Under the pieces are notes generated by a model, which searched no databases, had not been told where the DNA came from, and saw only the letters and a program-made list of their open reading frames with translations. Source: an uncultured Chloroflexia bacterium (GTDB lineage Bacteria; Chloroflexota; Limnocylindria; Limnocylindrales; CSP1-4). Taken from it: DNA of 64,000 bases. This document shows, one piece after another, positions 10,582 through 20,024 of the stretch. The translations under genes and the position numbers were made by a program. Location: positions 64,001 through 128,000 of the forward strand of contig CAVRGP010000015.1 of NCBI GenBank assembly GCA_963720755.1, read 5' to 3'. Positions within the stretch are counted from its first letter, which is position 1. Each line of letters starts with the position of its first letter.

Positions 10582-11946
10582 CTAGCCGAACAGCGCCTCG
10601 ACGGCCGCGCCGAAGATCTCGGTATGAAGATCGACGTCGCGCTCGGTGGTCGCGGGCGACATCAGGGCCATGTTGTGGAACGGCGTCATCAGGACGCCCC
10701 GGTTCATCGCCCAGAGGTGGAGGAAGCGCTCGAGGAGGTCGTCCATGCTGGCCCACTGCTGCGCCCCGGTGCGCGGCGGGTCCGGCATGAAGTGGTACTC
10801 GGCGCGGGCACCCAGGCGCGTGACGTGCCAGGGCACCGCCCACGCCGCGATTGCCGCGTTCACGCCCGCCTCCCATCGTTCCGCCAGGGGGATCATCCGA
10901 TCGAAGGCGTCACTGGTGAGGACCTCGCCGAGCGTCGCCCGGGTCGCGGCCAGTGACAGGGCGTAGCCGGCCAACGTCCCGCCGACACCGCCGATATCGG
11001 AATCCTCGACCGCGGTCGATCCGGCGATCCGGGTGGCGACCGCCGGACTGAACCCGTACGCGGCCGAGGGGATCCCGCCCCCGATGGTCTTGCCGATGAC
11101 CACGATGTCGGGCTCCAGGTCCCAGGCCTTCGTCGCTCCGCCCGGTCCGGCGCAGATCGTATGGGTCTCGTCGATGATCAGGAGCGTTCCGGTCGAACGG
11201 GTGATCGCCCGAACGGCCGCCAGGTAGCCGGGCTCGGGCAGGACGATCCCGACGTTGGTCAGGGCGGGCTCGATGAGGAGGGCGGCGACCTGGCGATCCG
11301 CCAGGGCGGCCTCCAGGCCCGGGAGGTCGTTGAACTCGACGACCCGGGTGGTCCTGGCCACATCGACCTGCGGTCCGACGGTCGTCTCGATCGGGACGAC
11401 CGCACCGTTCGCCCCGAGCATCGCGATGGCTTCGTCGACGGAACCGTGGTAGCAGTGATCGTGGACCGCGACCAGCGGCCGGCCGGTCACGTGGCGCGCG
11501 ATCCGGAGGACCCACCGGTTGGCGTCCGTGGCCGACAGGGCGAACTGCCACGACCCGACCCCGAACCGTCGGGTCAGTTCCTCACCGACCCAGGCCGCGT
11601 CCTCGGTCGGCAGCATGTGGGTGATCCCCCGACGCATCTGTCGCTCGACGGCGGCGATGGTTGGCGCCGGTCCGTGCCCGGCCATCGCGCCGGTATCGCC
11701 GAGGCAGAAGTCGATGTAGTCATGACCGTCGACGCAGCGGATCCGGGCCCCGGTGGCGGTTTCGACGTAGGGCGGGAATGGGCTGGCCCATTTCACCATC
11801 CAGGGCATCGGAACGCCGGCGAGCAGGGACGTCTCCGCCCGCGCATGGAGCGCGGCCGACCGCGGGTGGGCGGTCGTGAACGTGGCCTGCTCTTCCTGCA
11901 TCAGGTGTGCCAGTCGATCGCGATCGAGCCGAGCGGATGCCGTCAC
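10582..11946 (-). CDS. class III PLP-dependent aminotransferase (glutamate-1-semialdehyde aminomutase-like)
   Basis: 'YHGS', 'LLIIDETHT', PLP lysine in 'GKTIGGG', 'GGTLAG'. Confidence 0.9.
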   Translation of the reverse strand: MTASARLDRDRLAHLMQEEQATFTTAHPRSAALHARAETSLLAGVPMPWMVKWASPFPPYVETATGARIRCVDGHDYIDFCLGDTGAMAGHGPAPTIAAVERQMRRGITHMLPTEDAAWVGEELTRRFGVGSWQFALSATDANRWVLRIARHVTGRPLVAVHDHCYHGSVDEAIAMLGANGAVVPIETTVGPQVDVARTTRVVEFNDLPGLEAALADRQVAALLIEPALTNVGIVLPEPGYLAAVRAITRSTGTLLIIDETHTICAGPGGATKAWDLEPDIVVIGKTIGGGIPSAAYGFSPAVATRIAGSTAVEDSDIGGVGGTLAGYALSLAATRATLGEVLTSDAFDRMIPLAERWEAGVNAAIAAWAVPWHVTRLGARAEYHFMPDPPRTGAQQWASMDDLLERFLHLWAMNRGVLMTPFHNMALMSPATTERDVDLHTEIFGAAVEALFG

Positions 11947-12056
11947 GGTGTCCCCCTGGTGGAGCGTGGGTGGTTGCTGCAGGATGGCGGCTCGCCGCAT
12001 GATCCGCTCGGCCATCTCGCCCGACGCGACGGGCCACGTCCCAGGTCACGGACACG

Positions 12057-12137
12057 GCAACGCCGGCCCGGGATGACCGGGGCCGGCGTTGCGCTGGGAG
12101 GGGAGGAACCGCGCTCCGGAGGAAGGAGCGCGGGTTT
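12057..12137 (-). terminator. two adjacent GC-rich hairpins downstream of the DUF4397 gene
   Basis: GCAACGCCGGCCC...GGGCCGGCGTTGC (12057-12092) and GCGCTCC...GGAGCGC (12111-12131). Confidence 0.5.
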
Positions 12138-12152
12138 GCGATGCGCCGGGCG

Positions 12153-13001
12153 TTAGCGCCGAGCGCGGATCGTCACGAGGGTGAGACCGCCGACGAAGGC
12201 CGTGGCCGCGATGGCCATGAGCAGCAGGGCGGGGCTGGACGAGGCCGGGGCTGCGTCCGAGGTGCCGACGATGTCGGTCGGGGGCGCGGTGGCGACCGGC
12301 CCGGAGGCCGCGAGGAGCGCGTCAAGCGAGCCGATGGCCCAGACGCTGGTCGTGCTGTCCGCCGCGAGGTCGAGCGCCGGCGGGTCGATCGGGCAGACGC
12401 TGTGATCGGCGGCCGCGCAGACCTTGAGGTCGTACGTGCCCGGATCGAGCGACAGGTAGCCGGTCGCGTCCGGATAGGAAAGCCCGCCCACGACCGTCGC
12501 GCCGTCCTGGGTCAGGACGTCGACAGTGGGCGTGTCGGCGGAGAAGTGGACGACGCGAACCTGGGCCTTGCCGGCATCAGGAGCGGCCGGGTCGATGAGG
12601 AGCTGCGCCTCGATCGAGGCGACTTCGTTGGTGGCGGCGACGGTGTACTTGGTCTGATCCGCGAAGGCCAGGTCGGCATCGATCACACAGGTGGTCGTGC
12701 CGGCGACGCAGACCTTGATGTTGTAGGTCCCGGCGTCGACCGGGATGTAGTCCGAGATCGTTCCGAAGGCGACGCCGGTCAGGACGTCGGCGTCGTTGAC
12801 CTTGACGTCGACCGCGGGGGCATCCGGGGACGCATGAAGGACGCGCACCCAGGCCTTGCCGGCGGGCGGCGTATCGGTCGAATCGGCCGATGCGATGTAG
12901 GTCAGCGGTTCCGGGCTCGCGGCGGAGACGGGACCGACGACTGAGAGGGCGAGGGCGCCGGCGGCGACGAGGCCACCGAGGCGGGCGATGCGACGGTTCA
13001 T
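12153..13001 (-). CDS. secreted/surface DUF4397 protein with two repeats and a C-terminal membrane anchor
   Basis: Signal peptide; 'VRVLHASPDAPAVDV' and 'VRVVHFSADTPTVDV' repeats; C-terminal PPTD, hydrophobic helix and basic RARR tail. Confidence 0.88.
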   Translation of the reverse strand: MNRRIARLGGLVAAGALALSVVGPVSAASPEPLTYIASADSTDTPPAGKAWVRVLHASPDAPAVDVKVNDADVLTGVAFGTISDYIPVDAGTYNIKVCVAGTTTCVIDADLAFADQTKYTVAATNEVASIEAQLLIDPAAPDAGKAQVRVVHFSADTPTVDVLTQDGATVVGGLSYPDATGYLSLDPGTYDLKVCAAADHSVCPIDPPALDLAADSTTSVWAIGSLDALLAASGPVATAPPTDIVGTSDAAPASSSPALLLMAIAATAFVGGLTLVTIRARR

Positions 13002-13066
13002 TGAGACGGGCTCTCCTCGAATAGGGTCCGTTGTCGGGACCTGGTTGGCTCGGGGTCACCCAACCA

Positions 13067-13093
13067 TTCGGGAGGACTGGCGATCTGGATTGG
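13067..13093 (-). promoter_or_regulatory. candidate SigK-like ECF sigma promoter of the DUF4397 gene
   Basis: Minus strand reads CCAATCC-N15-CCGAA, resembling the mycobacterial SigK consensus CCATCC-N15-CCGAA. Confidence 0.5.
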
Positions 13094-13123
13094 TCCGCCG
13101 GCTTCCAGGGCCGGCCGTGTCGG

Positions 13124-13321
13124 TCAGTGGACGCGGCGAACGAACCCGCAGATGTGGCAGCTGGCCACGCCCGTGTCCGGATCCAGATCCAGCAGGCTGG
13201 CGCAGCCATTGGTGCCGCAGAAGAGGCGGCTGCCCGTGGTCGCGGCGTGGTTGCGGCGGCGCATCCGCCGGACGGCGGAGGCTCGTCCGGTGACGGACGA
13301 TGTGGTTGAACGAGTCATCAT
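13124..13321 (-). CDS. small basic zinc-ribbon-like protein (65 aa)
   Basis: CxxxxC...CxxC ('CGTNGC', 'CHIC') after an Arg-rich N-terminus; fills an otherwise empty intergenic space. Confidence 0.6.
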   Translation of the reverse strand: MMTRSTTSSVTGRASAVRRMRRRNHAATTGSRLFCGTNGCASLLDLDPDTGVASCHICGFVRRVH

Positions 13322-13500
13322 GGTGTGTTGCTTCGTGCTTTCTGGCGCGCTGTCGTCGCGGGATTTGCGATCGGCTGCGCGGCCGGGATGCGTTCCACGG
13401 ACATCTGTCCGGAACGACGGTTCTGTGGTGTCTGCGCGATCGGCCCGGGAGCGTGGTTTGGGCGCTCGAACCTGGTCGTCGCGGCGGACGGGTACCCAGC

Positions 13501-13529
13501 TACTATCGTCGAGACCGGCCGATCCGTCA
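13501..13529 (-). promoter_or_regulatory. candidate sigma70-type promoter for the zinc-ribbon gene
   Basis: Minus strand TTGACG-N17-GATAGT about 180 nt upstream of the start codon. Confidence 0.4.
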
Positions 13530-13704
13530 AACACCCGATGGTCCTGCGGCCCCGCGGATCGAGAATGTTGCGTTCTCTTCATCGAAGCTTGGTTGATTCA
13601 GCAACTCTCCGGGCTCACACTCCCTGCCGAACCGTGCACGCGCTTGCGCGTGCCCCGGCCGCGACGTTCCCCCAGACGTCGCTCTCGATCCGACAGTAGG
13701 AGGT

Positions 13705-14889
13705 GTGGCTGTGTCCGTGGCTTGGAAGGTGCGATCGGGGAGGGCGAGGGTCGTGCTCGCCGCGTCGATCCTGGCGCTCGCGTCGCTCAGTGGCGCGGCC
13801 CCCGTCGGTGCGGCTGCGGCGATCAGCCTGACCACGCCGTACCCGGCCGTGGCGGTCGCTCCCGGTTCGAGCCCGAGCTTCGACATCTCGGTCACCACCA
13901 GCCAGGCCGGCCGAGTCGATCTCGCCGTCGGCCAGGTGCCGACCGGATGGACGGCCGCCCTGCGCGGCGGCGGGTTCACGATCGACGGCGTCGAATCGAA
14001 CGGGAAGGATCCGACGAAGGTCACCCTCGCGGTCACGGTCCCTGTGGATGCGTCGGCCGGGACCCAGCGCATCGCGGTGCGCGGGACGACGAGTTCCGGC
14101 GCATCGACGACGTTGTCACTCGACATCCGGGTCGCGCCGAGCGCCGCCGGCAACGTGACCCTGACGACGGACACCCCGCAGCTCAAGGGGGCGTCGAACG
14201 CGAACTTCAGCTTCTCGCTGACCCTCACCAATGCCACCGCGGACGACCTGCCGTTCAGCGCCAACGCCACGGGGCCGGCCGGCTGGACGGTGACCGCCCA
14301 GATCGGCTCGCAGGCCCAGGCCGCGAGCGTCGTCGTCAAGGCCGGTGCGACGTCGCCGGTGACCGTGACCGCCAAGGCTCCGACCGATGCGGCGGCCGGT
14401 GACTATCCGATCTCCGTGGACGTGGCCAGCGGGAGCCAGTCCGCCCATGCCGACCTGGCGGTCACGATCACGGGGTCCTACACCCTGACGATGACGACCG
14501 TCGACCAACGGTTGAACATGACCGCGACCGCCGGCGGGACGAGTGACCTGACCCTGACCGTGTCGAACACCGGGACCGCCGATCTGGCCGCGGTCACGAT
14601 GAGCGCGAATGCGCCGACCGGATGGACGGTCACGTTCGATCCGTCGACACCGATCGCCGTACCCGCCAAGCAGCAGGTCAACGTCGTTGCCCACGTGGCG
14701 CCGTCGAGCGATGCGATCGCGGGGGACTACGTCACGACGTTCAAGGCGACCGCCCCCGAGGCCAACACCTCGTCCGACATCCGGGTGACGATCGAGACCT
14801 CCCTGTTCTGGGGAGCGGTCGGGATCGGTCTGATCGCGATCGTCCTGATCGGCCTGTGGTGGACGTTCCGCCGGTTCGGTCGCCGATGA
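13705..14889 (+). CDS. NEW3/COG1470-like Ig-repeat membrane-anchored exoprotein
   Basis: Signal peptide; three beta-rich repeats with 'PTGW', 'PAGW' and 'AGDY'; C-terminal TM plus RRFGRR; operonic with ABC-2 genes. Confidence 0.8.
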   Translation: MAVSVAWKVRSGRARVVLAASILALASLSGAAPVGAAAAISLTTPYPAVAVAPGSSPSFDISVTTSQAGRVDLAVGQVPTGWTAALRGGGFTIDGVESNGKDPTKVTLAVTVPVDASAGTQRIAVRGTTSSGASTTLSLDIRVAPSAAGNVTLTTDTPQLKGASNANFSFSLTLTNATADDLPFSANATGPAGWTVTAQIGSQAQAASVVVKAGATSPVTVTAKAPTDAAAGDYPISVDVASGSQSAHADLAVTITGSYTLTMTTVDQRLNMTATAGGTSDLTLTVSNTGTADLAAVTMSANAPTGWTVTFDPSTPIAVPAKQQVNVVAHVAPSSDAIAGDYVTTFKATAPEANTSSDIRVTIETSLFWGAVGIGLIAIVLIGLWWTFRRFGRR

Positions 14890-15983
14890 GCGCGGTCGGC
14901 GCGGCAGCGCTGCCGACGAACGACGAACCGAAGGCGGACGCGGACGCCACCGGCCGGGAGCCGGTCATCCGTACCACCCGCCTGACCAAGCGATACGGCG
15001 ACCTGACGGCGGTCGACCACCTGGACCTCGAGGTCTATCCGGGTGAGATCTTCGGGCTGCTCGGCCAGAACGGGGCCGGCAAGACGACGACGATCCTGAT
15101 GCTCCTCGGCCTGTCGGAACCGACGTCCGGCGAGGCCCGGGTGATGGGATTGGACCCGGCCTGGGAACCGCGCGAGGTCAAGCGGCGGGTCGGCTACCTG
15201 CCGGACGCCGTCGGCTTCTACGAGGGGATGACCGGTCGCCAGAACCTGCGCTACACGGCGCGGCTGAACGGGATCCGTGGCAACGATGGGGAGTCGGCCA
15301 TCGACCGGGTCCTCGACCAGGTCGGGCTGACCAGTCGAGCCGACGACCTCGTCGGGACGTACTCCCGCGGGATGCGCCAGCGGCTGGGCATCGCCGACGC
15401 CCTGGTCAAGGGGCCGGACCTGCTCATCCTCGACGAGCCCACGACGTCGATCGACCCACTCGGCGTCGTCGAGATCCTCGACCTCCTTCGCCGCCTCGTC
15501 GATGAGCACGGCCTCGCGATCATGCTGTCGAGCCATCTGCTCAGCCAGGTCCAGTCGGTCTGCGACCGGATCGGCATCTTCGCGTCAGGCCGGCTGGTCG
15601 GTGTCGGCACGATGGAGGAGCTGGCGACGAGCTTCGGCGACGGGACGGCCGCCATCGAAGTCGGCCTGGAATTGCCGAAGGCGGATGTCTCGCGCGCCGA
15701 AACCACCCTCCGTGGCATCGCGTCGGTCGAGACCGTCGAACCGCCCGCGGCCGGACACGACGCCTGGCGACTCCATGTCCGGCCCGCCCGGGACGAGGGC
15801 CGCGTCCGTCAGGACGTTCTGGTGGCGGCCGTGGAACACGGGCTGCGGCTGACGGCGATCCGCCCGATCGTCCCGTCGCTCGACGACATCTACCGGATCG
15901 CGGTGGAGCGGCCGCTGCCGAAGCGGGCCGGGGTCAAGTCGAAGACGGCTCGCCGGGCCGGCGCCGGGAAACGACCGTCATGA
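14886..15983 (+). CDS. ABC-2 type transporter ATP-binding protein
   Basis: 'GQNGAGKTT', 'YSRGMRQRL', 'ILDEPT', 'SSH'; ATGA overlap with the upstream gene. Confidence 0.93.
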   Translation: MSAVGAAALPTNDEPKADADATGREPVIRTTRLTKRYGDLTAVDHLDLEVYPGEIFGLLGQNGAGKTTTILMLLGLSEPTSGEARVMGLDPAWEPREVKRRVGYLPDAVGFYEGMTGRQNLRYTARLNGIRGNDGESAIDRVLDQVGLTSRADDLVGTYSRGMRQRLGIADALVKGPDLLILDEPTTSIDPLGVVEILDLLRRLVDEHGLAIMLSSHLLSQVQSVCDRIGIFASGRLVGVGTMEELATSFGDGTAAIEVGLELPKADVSRAETTLRGIASVETVEPPAAGHDAWRLHVRPARDEGRVRQDVLVAAVEHGLRLTAIRPIVPSLDDIYRIAVERPLPKRAGVKSKTARRAGAGKRPS

Positions 15984-16978
15984 CCGCCACCACGGCCCCA
16001 CGCAGCAGGGTCCCGCATGCCGGCTGGCGAGTCATCGCGGCCAAGGAATTCGGCGATCACCTGCTGAGCGTCCGGTTCATCGTCCTGATGGTCGTCCTCG
16101 GACTCGCCGGTGCGATCCCGCTGTACTTCGCGGCCGACCAGATCCGATCGCTGGCGCCTCAGGCCACCGGAGTCCCGGCGATCTTCCTGGCCCTGTTCAC
16201 GGTGGGATCGCCCGACGTCGGGATCCTCCGGGTCGACCGGTTCGTCGGGCTCCTGGCGCCGCTCCTCGGCCTCGCGTTCGCCTTCGATGCGGTCAACGGC
16301 GAGCGTTCCGAGGGGACGTTGCCGCGCCTGCTCGCCCAGCCGATCTACCGCGACGATGTGATCAACGGGAAGTTCGCGGCGGGGATGGCCGTCATCGGGC
16401 TCGTCCTGACGTCGATCGTCGTCTTGATCGCCGGCTTCGGGATCCTCCGCCTGGGCATCGTCCCGCACTCGGAGGAGGTCGTGCGGCTGGTCGCCTGGGT
16501 CCTTGCCACCTTCCTGTACGTGGGCCTGTGGCTCTCGTTCGGACTGCTGTTGTCGGTCCTCATCCGACGAGCCGCGACCGCGGCTCTCATCGGCTTCGGG
16601 GTGTGGTTCCTCGTCGCCGTCCTGGGCGATCTGATCACCACGATCGTCACCGGTCTCATCAAGCCGGCTGCTGGTGCGACGTTCGATGTGGTCGTCGGCA
16701 GCGCCCAGCTCCAGGAATTCGTCCGGCGGCTCATGCCCAGCGAGCTGTACTACGAGATCACGAAGGTCATCCTCGATCCGACGGTCAATGCCCGCGACGT
16801 CGTCATCCCTTCGACGATCGGGCAGTACACCCAGGCCCAACAGCAGGTATCCGCGCTCCTGTCGATCGATCAGAGCCTGCTGCTCGTCTGGCCGCAGATC
16901 GTCGCGCTGGTCGCCCTGACCGTGGTCTGTTTCGGGCTCGCCTACGTCGCGTTCATGCGCCAGGAGGTCCGCGCCTAG
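15980..16978 (+). CDS. ABC-2 type transporter permease
   Basis: 'AFDAVNGERSEGTL.RLLAQPIYR..VINGKF' and six TM segments. Confidence 0.9.
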   Translation: MTATTAPRSRVPHAGWRVIAAKEFGDHLLSVRFIVLMVVLGLAGAIPLYFAADQIRSLAPQATGVPAIFLALFTVGSPDVGILRVDRFVGLLAPLLGLAFAFDAVNGERSEGTLPRLLAQPIYRDDVINGKFAAGMAVIGLVLTSIVVLIAGFGILRLGIVPHSEEVVRLVAWVLATFLYVGLWLSFGLLLSVLIRRAATAALIGFGVWFLVAVLGDLITTIVTGLIKPAAGATFDVVVGSAQLQEFVRRLMPSELYYEITKVILDPTVNARDVVIPSTIGQYTQAQQQVSALLSIDQSLLLVWPQIVALVALTVVCFGLAYVAFMRQEVRA

Positions 16979-17017
16979 GATCCCGGATCGTTCGGGGCAC
17001 CGCGTAGACTCACGGCC

Positions 17018-17869
17018 ATGTCCACGATCCGGATCGCGGTCGCCTCCACGCCGTTGACGACGATCCTCGCCGATGCCGTCCCGGCGGCCGTCGCCGCGAT
17101 CGATGCGGCTGGGCGACTCGGCGCCCGGATCGTGTGTCTGCCTGAGGCCGGTCTCCCCGGTCACAGGATCCAGGCTCGACCCGTGCCGGACGTGTCGAGT
17201 GGTGCGCTCGACGAGGCACTCGGGGAGGTCGCGGCCGCCGTGGCCAGGGCGGGCATCGTCGCGATCGTCGGGACGGAGCGGATGACGCCGGCCGGCCGCT
17301 TGATCGTCTCGGTCGTCATCGGTGCGGATGGCGTCACGATCGGCGAACAGGCGAAGACCCAGATCGACCCGACCGAGGAGCCGGCCTACGTCCCCGGGTC
17401 GGGCCGGCGCGTGTTCACGGTCGAGGGCGTGTCGTTCGGGATCGCGATCTGCCACGAGGGGTTCCGCTACCCGGAGATCGCTCGCTCGCTCGTGCTGGGC
17501 GGCGCCCAGATCATCTTCGCTCCGCACTTCGTCACGACCGAGGACGGCTCGTTGCCGACGCACTGGTGCGACCCGTCGAACCCATACAACGAGAAGGCGC
17601 TGCTGTGTCGCGCCCTCGAGAACACGGTCTACGTGGCGGCGGCCGACATCGCCGGACCCGACCAGGGTTCGGGCACCGGGATCATCGCCCCGGACGGTCG
17701 ACTCGTGGCCAGTCTCCCGTACGGCGAGGTCGGGGTCGTCGCCGCCGACATCGATCTCGATCTGGCCGACAGATCGCTCGCCCTGCGCTGGGCGCCGGAG
17801 CGGAATCTGGGCGCGGGACCCCGTGATCAGGTCTCGGCGACGACGAGCGCCACGATCTCGTCGCCATAG
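17018..17869 (+). CDS. carbon-nitrogen hydrolase (nitrilase superfamily)
   Basis: E-K-C triad: 'CLPE', 'QAKTQ', 'AICHEG'; 'RALEN'. Confidence 0.9.
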   Translation: MSTIRIAVASTPLTTILADAVPAAVAAIDAAGRLGARIVCLPEAGLPGHRIQARPVPDVSSGALDEALGEVAAAVARAGIVAIVGTERMTPAGRLIVSVVIGADGVTIGEQAKTQIDPTEEPAYVPGSGRRVFTVEGVSFGIAICHEGFRYPEIARSLVLGGAQIIFAPHFVTTEDGSLPTHWCDPSNPYNEKALLCRALENTVYVAAADIAGPDQGSGTGIIAPDGRLVASLPYGEVGVVAADIDLDLADRSLALRWAPERNLGAGPRDQVSATTSATISSP

Positions 17870-19857
17870 CGGTCGAGTTTGGTCGGACCGATCCCGGGGA
17901 CCCGCCGGAGCTCCGCGATCGAACGCGGCTCGCGCGCGGCGATGGCCTCGATGGTCGTGTCGTGGAAGACGATGAACGGCGCGACCTTGTCCGCCCGGGC
18001 TCGGTCCGTCCGCCAGGCACGGAGGGCATTCGACAGCGGTGATCGCTCGCCGGGCTCGACGGGTGGGCCCGAGCGACGAGTCGCCGGCGTGCCTGGCCCC
18101 GTCGATCGTCCAGCGGCTTTCGGGACGAGCCCGTCGAGGAACCGTGAGCGACTCCGGCGACCTTCGCGTCCGGTGACCGCAGTCCGGCTGGCGGCCCATG
18201 ACAACCACAGATGACGCCTGGCCCGGGTGATCCCGACGTAGAGCAGCCGGCGCTCCTCTGCGACCTCGGACGGCTCCTTCGCCTGCCGGATCGGCAGGGT
18301 GCCCTCCTCGAGCGCCGGCAGGAAGACGGCATCCCATTCCAGGCCCTTGGCCCGGTGGTAGGTCAGCAGTTCGACCCCGCTGGCCTCGCCACCCGCCTCG
18401 ACGTCCGACAGTCGGGCGACTTCCGCGAGGAAGGCCGACAGGTCTGCCGCCGGCTCCACCCGGATGAGATCGTCCGCCAGTTCGAGCAGGGTGACGACGG
18501 CCGCATGACGTTCGGCCGCGGCGCCGCCGTCGGGCACGGTATCGCGCCGGACCCCGAGTTCCCGCTCGAACGCGATGGCCAATCGATCGGACAGCGAGCC
18601 AGGCGGCTCGTCCTGCCCGGCGGCGGTCGCGACTCGGACCGCCCGACGCACCTCTGGGCGGGCGAAGAAGCGTTCGCCCCGGACGTGGAAGGGGATCCCG
18701 GCCGCCCCGAGTTCGCGCTCGATCGCCGGGAGCTGGGCGTTGATCCGCACGAGGACGGCCATCGCACCATACGCGGTCCCATCCCTGGCCAGACGTCGGA
18801 TCGTGGCGATGACGGCCGCCAGTTCGGCATCGTCCGTCGCGAACCCACCGATCTCCGGGGCCGGTCCGGACGGAAGGCTCGGCACGAGGCGTTTGGGTGG
18901 TCGCGGAAGCGCGCCCGGCACACGTTCGTCGAGCGCCTGGCGACCATCGCCCAGGACCCGCTCGGCCAGGGCCAGCACCTCCGGCGTCGACCGGTAGTTC
19001 GTCTCGAGGGTGACGAGTCGCGCGGTCGGGAAGCGATCGGCGAATCCGATCAGGTAGTCGCTGGTCGCCCCGGTGAAGGTGTAGATCGTCTGGTCCTCGT
19101 CGCCGACCACGGCGAGGTCGTCGCGGCCACCCAGCCACGCATCGAGGAGCGCGGCCTGGAGTGGGTTGGTGTCCTGGTACTCGTCGACCGAGAACCACCG
19201 ATACCGGTCACGAACCTCGCCGGCGATCGCCGGGTCGCCTTCGATCAGGCCGATCGTCAGCTCGAGCATGTCCTCGAAGTCGATCCGGCCCGCGCGGCCT
19301 TTGGCGGTCTCGTAGCGCCGGTAGAGGCCGGCCATCAGGTCTGGCGGCAGGGGGGCGTCGCGTCCGTCGTCGATCGCTCGTCGCTCGTAGTCGGCGGGTC
19401 CGATCCGGCGCGCCTTGGCCCACTCGATCTCCGCCGCGAGGTCACGGACCGCCAGGTACCGGTAACCGCCTGGCAGGCTTGATGCGAGCGGCCCGAGGAG
19501 CGCCGCCTTCGACGCGAGGATCGTCGGTGGGTCCGTCTCGTGGAAGCGCGGCCAGAAGTGTCGGAGTTGGCGAAGCGCGGCGGCATGGAATGTGGAGGCG
19601 GCCACGCCGCGGTGGCCGAGCCGGATCAGCCGATCGGCCATCTCTCCGGCGGCCTTGTCCGTGTAGGTGACCACGAGGACATCGCGCGGTCGCACGACCT
19701 CGGTTGCCAGGGCGTAGGCGACCCGTCGGGAGATGACCCGCGTCTTCCCGCTCCCTGCACCGGCCAGGATGCACAGCGGGCCGGAGGTGATCGTCACGGC
19801 CAGGCGCTGAGCCGGGTCCAGGTCGTCGAGAAGGTCGTCGGGTCGGCGAGCTACCAC
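17827..19857 (-). CDS. uvrD2: ATP-dependent DNA helicase UvrD2 with C-terminal HRDC domain
   Basis: 'AGAGSGKT', 'VDEYQD', 'NYRS', 'HRAKGLEWD', 'YVGITRA'; HRDC 'LRAWR..RA....VAPFIVF.D.T...IA...P...ELRRVPGIGPTKLDRYG'. Confidence 0.92.
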   Translation of the reverse strand: MVARRPDDLLDDLDPAQRLAVTITSGPLCILAGAGSGKTRVISRRVAYALATEVVRPRDVLVVTYTDKAAGEMADRLIRLGHRGVAASTFHAAALRQLRHFWPRFHETDPPTILASKAALLGPLASSLPGGYRYLAVRDLAAEIEWAKARRIGPADYERRAIDDGRDAPLPPDLMAGLYRRYETAKGRAGRIDFEDMLELTIGLIEGDPAIAGEVRDRYRWFSVDEYQDTNPLQAALLDAWLGGRDDLAVVGDEDQTIYTFTGATSDYLIGFADRFPTARLVTLETNYRSTPEVLALAERVLGDGRQALDERVPGALPRPPKRLVPSLPSGPAPEIGGFATDDAELAAVIATIRRLARDGTAYGAMAVLVRINAQLPAIERELGAAGIPFHVRGERFFARPEVRRAVRVATAAGQDEPPGSLSDRLAIAFERELGVRRDTVPDGGAAAERHAAVVTLLELADDLIRVEPAADLSAFLAEVARLSDVEAGGEASGVELLTYHRAKGLEWDAVFLPALEEGTLPIRQAKEPSEVAEERRLLYVGITRARRHLWLSWAASRTAVTGREGRRSRSRFLDGLVPKAAGRSTGPGTPATRRSGPPVEPGERSPLSNALRAWRTDRARADKVAPFIVFHDTTIEAIAAREPRSIAELRRVPGIGPTKLDRYGDEIVALVVAET

Positions 19858-20024
19858 GCGGCCATCGTAGCGGGCGGGCGTGCACCGGCGGTCAACCGGT
19901 GCGGACACGCCCTCGTCAAGTCCGCCACGGGGCTTGCCAGACGTGGATCGGCCGGTAGGATGGGTGGCGCGCGAGGGCGGCGGGTTACGACCGACCCCGA
20001 TGTACATGAGGGAGGCACGCGCCC

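Noticed and set aside
17827-17869. 43-nt convergent overlap of the nitrilase and uvrD2 genes
   Set aside because: Short tail-to-tail overlaps are common in GC-rich genomes
15890-19198. 1102-aa minus-strand ORF and similar long ORFs (56255..58270, 22796..24601, 4529..5983)
   Set aside because: Arg/Pro/Gly-rich shadow frames overlapping well-supported genes; expected at this GC content
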